From NCBI GenBank assembly GCA_000320545.1, contig ADNK01000774.1:55206-119205 (forward strand): a stretch of 64,000 bases of DNA. The letters run 5' to 3'. Positions 39,833-51,100 of the stretch are shown piece after piece; positions within the stretch are counted from its first letter, which is position 1; every line of letters starts with the position of its first letter. The notes under the pieces are model-generated. The model was not told where the DNA came from. It saw only the letters and a program-made list of their open reading frames with translations, and did no database searches. This DNA is from Bigelowiella natans CCMP2755 (taxonomy: Eukaryota; Protista; Cercozoa). Made by a program: the position numbers and the translations under genes.

Positions 39833-42800
39833 ATGAGGGTGATCTTGTACCCGACTCCCCGATAAGAAGCAGTATGATGGCTTTATCTCTCTTCTGTTTC
39901 TAAGTTGCAAAGCAGACAGGTATGATTTCATCTGTTGTGAGTTACTATTTAGATGAACGAACAGAGAAGGATAAGTTTCAAAAAACTACATGTTGCTCAG
40001 GCTGGAGGAAACATTGGCTGTGTTCCTGGATTCTTGGGACAAAATGATCGGGGGTGACGGGCGAGATCAGGCTGTTTGGTCGAAAAATTCAAGGTATGTA
40101 GGCCTCATACCATAATTGGGAAAGATATCTTTTCTGAAGGAAAATGATGTGTGTTTAGGAAAAATGTTAGGCAAAGGCCATACATTCCCACTCACAGAAA
40201 TAAGTCGGAACTAGAATCTGTTCGGGTTTCTAACTTATCTCTCAACTTCAACCGTATCCCGAATTGGGGTTCAAAGAGAAGTAGATCAAAGTCTCGCTCG
40301 ATGATGGCTACTGGCAAACTCTCCGACTCAATGATCGTGTCCTCACGAAGACTGAAAAGCAAACAAGTTTCTTCGACAAACAATCCTCAAGATATTGCGC
40401 AACCTTTGCAAGCGCACGGTAACTTCAGCAACGGTCCGAATCATTTCGCACCTCAAACGCTGATACAGTTGAATGCACCCCCGCGAAATAAGGCACATGG
40501 AGTTGAACGTAACCCCATTCGACAGCAGAATAAGTTCAAAATACAACATAGTTCTCCATCTCTATCATTGCGGCCTTCATTCCTTCAGCATCAGAATCAG
40601 CACCAAACGAGAATGACTAGCAACCGAAAATCGGTAGCATCATTGTTGATGGGTACTGGCTACGAGCAGCGGATAAATTGGGTTACCCGGAAAGAAAAAG
40701 ACACAAAAACCTTTCTGAGTTACGACGGAATCCAATCACGAAATCAGCACCATCACCACCAGCAACAGCGTCATCAGTCTTCACGAACGATAGCTGGGAA
40801 CGTGCACAAAGCAATTAATGTAAAATCACCATAAAATAAAAAATGAACGTAGTAGCAGCAGTAGCAGGCAAGCAATTCCCAAAAATGGGTTACCGACAGC
40901 ACTATCGCCCTAGGAAAGCACTTGAGGACGAAATCTCATTGTCCTTATAAAAACTGTCAGTGAGCGAATCTTTTATCTTTCGTTTTTCGTTTGGTGAGCA
41001 GGGTTCTTCCGTTTCCTGTTCGTAACATGGCATTTACTAATGCTAATGGTGTGTGGTTTTATCACTTTAAAGTTGAATCGCTCATCAATCCGGAATCATT
41101 CCAAAGATGTCACTTCGAATATAGGTGGCTCTAGCACACCAGGTTAGTAAGCAAAATACATGCCGACCGTATGATGAGAAAAGGGTGCATCTGAACCATG
41201 GGCAGTACATGGTTTTGTCTTCACTCATATTAGATGCGTTAGAAATGGTAACATTTGCCGTGCCTCATGTAGTTCTCTTTCATCTTAGAACTAAAGTCTA
41301 CATACCTTGGTGAGTCGGGGGCATCAAATTCGAGGGATGGCACCAACGAGGGTAGTAGAAACAAGTTACAAATTAGCGTGTACTCCATTAGTAGTGCGTG
41401 GGTGGTGGTCACTGGGGGGGGGGGGGCACAAGAACACCGATGAATCCCTTTTCCAGAGCTGGTGATGATCAACGATGTTCCTGCTCATTGATTCCTCTCT
41501 ACACCATCCACAGTTGACCGATTGTATTGTTATTTGGTCGATAGGAGTGGTGCGTCCGAGCAGACGGGGTGTTGGTGGTAGTGGACCTGCTGTTGCTGCT
41601 GCTGCCGCAGGGTCTAGATCGGTAGAATTTCAACGATCTACAACAGAACGAAAGATGAAAAGTAGCAGTTCTACTTCGAGACTACGTCTTAGAGACCAGG
41701 AGCTGCAACAAGATCGTCAGTCTAATAGCGAAGCAATACCAGCTAAGGCAGCTACTGCAGCAACGAAGAAGGTTTGAGGCAAAAACTATATCCCACTTCT
41801 CAACTTATTTTGATGAAACAAATTTCCAGAGTTGTTTGTGCTAAGAGAAAGATGTTTCGAATTCTGCTGTTATCTTGATTGTATACTACTTCTTCATACT
41901 ATGACCATTTAGAGCATTCAGCCCTTGACGTCAACGAGAACTCTCAACCAAACGTAACGTTTCCTTATCATTGCTGTGCATAACTCCAGCCACATTCCTA
42001 CGTATTTTTCACTTTCTGTTGTTTGTTTGGTGTCGCTTTGGTTAGTGGGGGTGGTGGTGCCTTAGACCAGGACTCTGATGTATCATTACACCGGAGAGCT
42101 AAACTGGCGACCGATATCCTGCACTTCAACTTCGTCAGGAGTGGCAAGCGACCAAGTAGAAAGAGCTCCTCAGTCCCCGCAGTAGCAACAAGCTCCTCCT
42201 CCTCCTCGCTGCTGCCCGGCGGAAGACAAGGTGGTAGCAGTCGGATCAGGGCGGATAGAATCACTAGAACGACGAGTACGTCCCCTCATAACGGTAGCAG
42301 CAGTCGAGCTACAGTAGATAGAACTATTAAATCGTCGAGTAAGTCCCCCTGTAGAGGGAGGAGGCTCAGCTCCAGACAGCAATCTACAGTCGTATTATCA
42401 CCGTTAGGCACAGAAACAGAAAAGGAAACAACCAAAAAATTCTCCTCATACTCCCCAAAGGCGAGTTTGACGCCTTCCTCATCCTCGCGGATAATTACTA
42501 GCACTACTACTACTAGTAGCAGTATCACCAACCATCAAAGCAGCAGTGACAGCAGACGACCCCTACCACCAAGATCCAAACTTGACCAACGACATTCCTC
42601 CGTTAGACCACCAAATAATAATAATGACGACAACTCCACCAACACCATTGCCGCTACTGTTGCAGCTGTTATTTCGGAAGCTGCCTCAGGAATTAGGACT
42701 TCTCCCAAAAACCACCATCACCAAAGCAGCAGCAGCAACAGCAGCATTCTGCAACCAGCTGCACAATACATTCAATCTCCGGAGAGCGTCAATGAGAATC

Positions 42801-43886
42801 TTCAAATACGTACAATCCTGGCCGGTAGTATTTCACAATTCACGACACAGTGATGACTTCGCATAGCTGTTTCTACCGATGAAAATTGTGCATTCTAGTC
42901 GAAACATCACGATATGTTCATTTAACAGAAAAGCTAGAGAAGTTCATTGGGTCCGCAGAAAGCCTCGTGGATCAGATAGAAGAACAGATCATTGGAAGTC
43001 GTACGCAATGAGCGCGCTGCGTTGATACAACATAATTTGCCAAAACCCTATCCAAAATGTGATTGAATGATGAATACACCGAAAGATTCATTTCTGTATT
43101 GTGGATCTACGACACGGCCACATCAGCCGTGTCGGGATAAACGTCATCAGCACTTCAGCAGTAACTCACAAAACATGGCGGGGGATGTTTTATTTTTATT
43201 TTTTAAATGATAGTCTGTGTACGGCTGTGCTTGTCTAATCTGCATTTTTGTTGTCCTTCCTATTTTTTTGAAAATGACAGAGAATTCTAATTCCAAAGCG
43301 ACGCCAACTCCAACAGCAGCAGCCATAAATGTATCCCACCCACAGCAACATTGCATCAGTAGCAGTAGCAACAAAGCTGTCAATATGTCTCCAACCTCTA
43401 GAAGGAGATATACAGCACAATTCTCATTTAGTAGACAGCAGCAGCAACAGTCTCTCGCCAATAGCAGCGAGAAAGCAGCAGGAGGAAACAAGTCACAGGT
43501 TGCTCCGTCCTCCCCTTCCCTAGTCAGCACGGAAATGTTTAAGGCAGCTCCAGGTAATGTTTCAGATGGGGATCCTACTTCCAATAACAACCAACCCAGA
43601 ATTATATCACTAGTTCGCTATTGTATGCCATTGTGATAATAATGGGATAATCGGGGAGAAGATTGTGAGAAGATACGATGATGACGATGATGACGATGAT
43701 GGTCACACTCAGGCGTAAGTGGGTGGGGTCGCCGTACATTGATGAAACGACGAAAACGGGAGCGAGGGGCACAGCGTCATAACTATACATGGACAAATGA
43801 GCTACTAGGTGCTTTCTACTGTTTTTACTTCTGATAATCACAAAAGCCAGCATGCTACGTTTTCGACTTCTGATAATAAGTAAACG

Positions 43887-43924
<38 letters not shown>

Positions 43925-44896
43925 GACACAGACACGTGTCTAAAAATATTGCTGTACATCTAAGACAACATTAATTTATTTATCATTCTCTCTGAATTAC
44001 AGGAGGGGAATTGGCCATGCGGATACGCGAGTAAGTATATAATTGACTTGAAAGGAATTAATCAGGAATTGGGAATCTGATATTTGGCTCATGTAAAGCG
44101 TAGATCCGATCATTATCTACAATTTTAATCACAATCTCTCGTCCGCTCTTGCTCTGAAAAAACACGCATGTATCTAGGTGTTCTTTCGAATGCCAAGGCA
44201 AAGAACTTCTAGGCCCTTGGTCCTTGTCAACGTCGAGCGAAACGACTTTAGGGTAGTCTGTCAGCAAATAACTACATCACAGAAATACGCACGATCAACG
44301 CACAAATCCTCCCCTAGTCTCATTTTGCTGTTTTTTTGTGATTGTTTCTCCTCCTCCTCTTCCTCCTCTTCCTCCCATTCCTCCTCCCCCTCCTCTTCTT
44401 CCTCCTCCTCCAGGACTATCACAAAAGCTCACAGAAGAGCAGGTTTGTCTTACGCACAGCACAGACACACTTGCGTACCCTATTTTATTATTCCTTGAAG
44501 AAGGTCCATGGTAGTGATAATGCTTGATTCAATCTCCATCATCATTGTAATCTATTTTGCAGGATTTGGCTTCTTAGTTGCTTGTAACCACTGGAATTCA
44601 GTTTCACCAAGCAAACAGACATTTCTGGTGAGTAATCGTGTCATGTAGTAGTAAGAACAGCTCCAGGCACATGATTGTCGCCGTCTGCATCCATGCATGC
44701 ACACTAATACATATTTTAATATGTTGCCTTATGAAACAACTCCATGTTGTTGTCTGTCTCACAGATGAATCCCCAAACGGAGAAGAAAGCGTTTACGATA
44801 TACAAAGAGCTTGTAGCGGTACTTCTTAATCCCTCGCGTATGCTACTGTTGTTTCTGTGTGAAATGCACATAACCACGGATCTTAACTTGTGTATG

Positions 44897-44935
<39 letters not shown>

Positions 44936-45550
44936 AGACCCTACACATCATGGCTAGGCGTCTCAATATACAAATTTGTGGAAAGTGAATTACAGTTACA
45001 CTCATTAGACGTGCTCTTCCTATCTTGCTCACACTATGAAGGACCTGGCCAATGAGATGTTTCTGTCGGAAGAGGAGCTTGATACCCTTGATAAAGGCTG
45101 GGAAGTTTTGGGAAGAAAAGTAAATACATATATCGTATCATGATACCTTCGCCACCGCCTTTCTCCCACTATCACCATCAACACCATTATCACCGTGGAA
45201 TGTATGTGTCGTCTGGGAGACTTGGTTGCTCCCGATGTTTCTACTTTGAGCAGCCTCGGATGTGTTCCTTTCTCTCATTCATGTAAATGTACACATAGGA
45301 CCGAAAGGAAGTGCATGAAGAAGTGGGTGGATCCCTTGAGTATCTTCGTGGAAAGGTAGTGCTTCTTAGTGGCATGATGCTGCTTTGCATTTCTCTTTGT
45401 GACCTGGTTGCATAGGTTATATCTTGCCGCTAAAAATCAAACAAATGTAGGTCGCAAAACGTACGATCTTGGTCACCCCTAAGAAATGGAGCCCGCAGCT
45501 TATCCAAAAATGGATACAGAAGGTTCGAAAAATTCTTCTTCACAACACAC

Positions 45551-45590
<40 letters not shown>

Positions 45591-47085
45591 GCGTATCTGT
45601 ACTTCTATGTTCGAGAGGATATCGTTGCGATTGTGGGCTAGAACACATCTCCATATGGTTGTTGCTACTGCTTTTGCAGGTTGAGCATGGAAGGTTGGCA
45701 GGGTACGCGAGCTCATTGAAAGGGATGTCAGGGTACTCACTCGCCAAACCAATGATGATAACCTTCTATCTCTACACACCGGAAACCTCGCTCAATGGTT
45801 CTTTAACTCTCTCGCTCCTCTTATATCAGGACAAGAGTGATGCAGATCAGAAGTACAGACGAGCTGAAAAAAATAGGTAACCAGCAACCTTTTGGAAATT
45901 AAGGGCTTCTGGAAAGAATCACTGAGAATTCCATCGATGTTATGACCTGAAATATCACCTCGTATAACATGCGACATATCATCTGCTTGGGTTGGTATTC
46001 AGGCGTGAAAGAACTGCACTTTAACATTGCACTCAAGTCGATACATCGGTTGCATCGGGCAGAGGTTTGCTTGCAGAAATGTGTCCAGGTAGTGTTTGAT
46101 TATTACCTTCATAACTTTCTTCGTGCTGCAACTAGCAGCGAACACCTATTACTATATCCAATGACATTGATGATGTACCTGTGATAAGAGGAGGTGAGTC
46201 TCTCGGCCAAAAGTAGAGTTTTGGTTAATTTTTGCAATCAATGATAACTTTCTCCCAAATGTTTTGCAGCTGTGTAGCAGAATCGATCAACGCAGTGCAG
46301 GAGCGCTTCAGGTTGTTCGGAAGAAATCACACGCGCACCATAACAGACTTCTTACCAATTAATCATTTGATTTTTTTCCAACTGTTTAGCGGGGGAGGAA
46401 ATGCGAAATTACTGCCAGGAGGAATGAGACTCTTGCGAAGAAACAGTATCTAAAGGTTGCTGCTTATGTGCACCTCAACCCACCTCACCCACTCCTTACC
46501 ATACGTTGTTGGCGAATACCAACAGAACCGCAAGAGAGAATCTCAGCTCATGATTCGTTTGGCGAGGAAGATGGGTGAGACTTGCTGCTGTTTCGCAGCG
46601 CAACACATGCAAACTACTGTTTCATTCACTTTCCTAGCGATTAGAGATAATAATGAGGAGGATACATATTTGCATGGCACTTCTCAAAGTGGTAAATTAT
46701 ATTGATTGCACATCTCAGGGATTGAAGCAGCTGATGCACCAAGCGATGAAGAATTCTCCTCAGATTATGGTGTATAACCTTTTTACTCAGCCATAGCATA
46801 GTGGTGTCCCTAGCTGGAGCGAATACTGATACCTGACTATCACGATTCCTTTAATTCTTTTTTGCTCCTATTTTTTACCTCAGATTCAGAAGACTCGGGA
46901 GACTATGGGTCCAGTAGCGGAGAGGTTAAGCTGCATATACCTCAAAATAGGGATCCCCATTTATTCATCATTACCTTCGTTCGTAGGAATCCTCAAGCGC
47001 AGACGAAAGCGATGGCGCTAGTTCTGACTACGATGACGATGACAACAGCAGCGTAAAAGGGGTAGATGATTGTAAATGCGTGTAG
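39833..47085 (+). CDS. Hypothetical protein with long Ser/Arg-rich disordered region, a SAM-like domain and an acidic C-terminus; many exons, start uncertain, could be two genes
   Basis: Spliced exons at ~45450-46060 give PKKWSPQLIQKWIQKVEHGRLAGYASSLKGMSGTRVMQIRSTDELKKIGVKELHFNIALKSIHRL, a SAM pattern (W..W..Y..G..L..ELKKIG). The last exon reads ESSSADESDG...DDCKCV and ends at TAG 47083-47085. Confidence 0.55.
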
Positions 47086-47990
47086 ACTAATGGATATGTA
47101 GTAACATGCCCATGTAGACATATTCCCAGATGTGAATTGGTAGAATAGAATTCGCTAAACAGTTTTCGTTGCGTTTTATAGATGTCCAATAGAGAGAAAA
47201 AGGAGCTCTGGAGGCGACAACAGAAAGAGGCTTCATTAGCACACAGGTCTGCCAACTAGATGCACTTTGCTCCCTAATAGGAACCACATCTGCTATTACT
47301 TTAAACCGGTTCAAACAACACTCTTTCTACAATGTCGGAGAGAAACTTTTACGTTTATATATAGGAAAGAGATGCGAAGTCCAGTGATGCGCAAGGCTAG
47401 AGATTCCAGAGAAAGAGCAAACCAAGAACTGGAATCTTGCTTGATAATGATTGGTATTAATGCAAGAATAATTTCTTTTTCTTTTTTTGTAATACATTGT
47501 GCAATATGGGTTGTTTCTTTTCATTTGTTCATGCTGGAAGTACTACTTTGCTAAGTGTTTGTTGTATTTACGTATTTAGCAAAAAAAGTTCGAGCTTTGA
47601 CGACAATTAGGATGGGAATAACCGAACTTTTCACATAAATTATTACAGAATATAATACGCATGATGATGTAAAATCCTTGCTATGAACATGGATGTGAGT
47701 ACTGTTAGTCACAGCTACATAGCACACAGATACGAATGTACGCATTGTATGCATCATCACACCGTCAAGCCATGCTAGCATGGGCTGCAGTGCTATCAAT
47801 CGCATTGGCACATGCTGCGCTCGCATCACGCTGGCACGGTCACAGCGCAAGCCGCCAGCACTCAATCAAAGGTGATTGGCATGCCTGCTAGCCTGTTTTG
47901 TCATGTTTGTGCGCGTGGTGAATGAAATGCTGTGCATGATGCCAAGCTCGCATTGCGCACATTCGGGGCCATGCAAGAGATGTAGTTAGA

Positions 47991-48053
47991 TGACGGATGC
48001 ACAATGAAGTGCATGATTGAGCATCTTCAACTTTTCAATGGTGGTCATCCTAT
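47991..48053 (-). repeat. Dispersed motif copy 4 (reverse, with insertions)
   Basis: The reverse complement reads taggatgaccaccattgaaaagttgaagatgctcaatcat...catccgtc. Confidence 0.55.
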
Positions 48054-48166
48054 CAACAACAACGTGCACATGCGTGCCATGGCATCATCACTGCGTATAA
48101 TGCACCTGGCATGATGAGTCTCGTAGGCGCACAGCGTACACACGCACACACACTTAAATCGCTTGA

Positions 48167-51100
48167 TTAAATCAAGTTAGCTGCAGCAAGCTGTTGTTTG
48201 ACTACAATATTCGTTACAGAATCTAGAATCTTTGCAACCTGCTTTGTATCTGTGGCGCAAGTGGTGTGCATGTAAATCTGTCGATTGGGATCCTGGACGC
48301 ATTTGTGAAATCTAGAAGATTTATGATAGTTAAGAAAAAGTGTGTGATGAAGTAATCGAAAGAATTATATACCTGTGTTTAACAAAGTTAACTGATTCTT
48401 CAAAATCTTCCGGGGGTCCGCTATACTCTGGAAAAGCGTGTTGCAAACTGACAGTCTTAATTTCTCTTTCGAAAAGATCCGCTCTAAAGTCATACACACA
48501 CAGAGACGCAAACACAAATATGAATTCATCATATCGAATTTAGGTAGAGTAAGGATGGGTGAGAATATTGATTTAGTACTTGTTTAGGAACACGATGATA
48601 GGAACCCTAGAGAGGGCCCTCTGGTTCACGATATCGTCAAATAGCTGAATAGCCTCATGTATTCTAACATCAAAATTAGAGTAAGTAAGTGGGGCTATTT
48701 CTCCAATTGGCAAAAAGAATCACCTCAGCCTGTCTTTATCCTCGAGAAGATATCTGTTGTATCCCGCAAGCTAACAGAAAGAAAGTACAAAGATATAGAT
48801 CTACTGCCTCTTAATATAGAATGTGATTGTTACCGAGCACACGAATAGACATGCATTTGCACACTCGAACAAGGGTATCCACTTGCTTCGCGCTCCTCGT
48901 TGTCCAGCAACATCCACAATTTTGAAATATTGTTGCTCTGTAAAATAGGCAGGATATATGATGATGATGATGATGATGATGGAAACTGTTTTCGAGAGTA
49001 AATGGGCTGTAGTTACTTATTTTGAATTCTCCTTCAACAATTCCGAGGGTTCGCTGTCGGCAATGGACAATATCGTCCTTACTTGGCAAGTAACTTTGAC
49101 TCTCACCTGCTGGAAGAATCCTGTGGTGTACAAATCAATAAGTGCTCCTACTTTTCGAGTTCATGAATGAGAATATACTTACCTCTCTATATTCTGCAGC
49201 ATGTAGACTGCTGAGTCATCCAGCTGGCTTGTTTTAAATCGTTGCCTTCGTCGATAGATGTTCTGTACATGTCTAATATTAGATTTGATCAAGATTTTAA
49301 GAAAAAATGTGAATAACCCGTATAGCTTTATCCCTCCATAATGCCTTAATTGCAGTCTTCAGCTGCGGTGTCATGTCAATATCTTTGTATGGAGACTCAG
49401 ATATAACTTGAACATATTTCTTGTTATCACTCGAGATATTGAAGCTGGCATAAAATTGTTCTCGATACTGGGGTACCTTCACTTGTGCATATTTTGAACA
49501 TTTTGCTTTCAGGTGTTTGATCTGCTTCTTAACGCGCAAAGCTTTCTTCAGCTTAGCTTCGTCTGTAGCCGCTTCAAGAAGGAAGGCACGGTACCTTCCG
49601 CCGAGGCCATGAATCTCATTCAGGCATTTTATATGATCGACCATATCCTTTGCGTCGGTATTCTGGCTGCTATATTCTAGAAAACCAAGGAGCTCATGCA
49701 TAAATCCAAGTTCGTCTGACATTTCAACTAAGCTTTCATCTTCCTTCCTTGCAGCCTTGTTTGCATGGTAAATGAGATTTCTCATTGCTCCGACTATGTT
49801 TGCATATATTTGCTTGCGAAATTGCCTTTTTTTCGACTCGGAAAACCCTTTACCATGCAAAATAGTAAGCTGTTTGAACACTGTAGACTTGCCTGATTGG
49901 CCAGGTCCAATCAATAGTATAGTGGACGTCTTGCGCCTCCGTTCTTCCTCCTCCTTCAGCTGCTTTTCTAACTCTTTGGTCTGCTTTGCCTGATTCTTTT
50001 TTTTTTCCTTTTCCCATCCATGAAATACCTTTCGTCTGCGGATGGTATCTGGCGCATCAACAAAGTGATGAACCAAATCCTTTACTTGGTCGATAGTAAG
50101 TAGGCGCCACAACTTCTTGTCCATCAAATCTAGAAATCCTACAGTATCATTAACAAAACTCAGAAGTCCAAGAGTCTCGTTGCGAATCTTCTTCGTCTTA
50201 GGGTCAATAGGATTTTCAACTTGCCCATTTTGCCTTGCTGCAATCTGTTGATCCTGTTGTTTCAATGCAAGCAACATCATTTGCAACTTGCACAGTGCAT
50301 CAACGTAGCCCCTTAGACTTTTTTGCCATGGAGAAGTGAAGGTTTGTAACTTTATAGCAGATTTATAATTGGTACAGGCGCAAATGTGATCTGAGTCTCC
50401 AAATTTCTCGATGCTAGCTTTGAGCTCATCAAATCTTCGTAGATAAAGCCTCTTAATATCTCCCGCGTTGGTTACGTACGCCTTTTTACCCAATTCACCA
50501 TCATCTTCCCCAAATCCCAGGCCGACCTTTTCATCGCTCACGAACTGATTTAAGTTCAAAGAACCTGCAGGAATAAATGAACAACGGTTTTAGAATTCTG
50601 TGTTTAATTTTGCATGCATACTTGATGTAAAAAATAAGCTGTAAGTTGAAAATCGTTCACCTGTTTCATTATAATCTGGTTGCTCGTGTCTAGTACGCAT
50701 GAGTAACTCTTGGCTATGATAATAAACTTTGAGCATAAAGATAAGCTGCTGATCATTGCAGATTTCAGACTTTCCATCTTCTCTCGAAGTATTGCTTCTC
50801 TTCATTCTTCCTGCACTTGATAATCTTGGGCCTCTAGAGTAACTTGTACGGCGAGAGGATGCACTGTCGCGCCTCTCAGTCATACTATTATTTTCAGATC
50901 CTATGGGGTCTGTAGCACCAGATAGATTAGTCATACCAGGTTGACCAGGTTGCACCTTCTTTTTTGCTTCTCGAAGATGTTTTTCTTGGAATTCTTTCGG
51001 AAGAATTTTGTGAGTTCTCAATCCGTCATGTGCTCCAAAGCTTCGACCACTTGTGCTCAAGGCGAGCGACAAAAGTAATCTTATCATGTGGTACAAACAT

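Noticed and set aside
45450-45530. PKKWS...KW motif suggesting a kinesin-associated tail
   Set aside because: No kinesin motor motifs (GQTGSGKT, SSRSH, DLAGSE) are present, and the continued exons fit a SAM domain.
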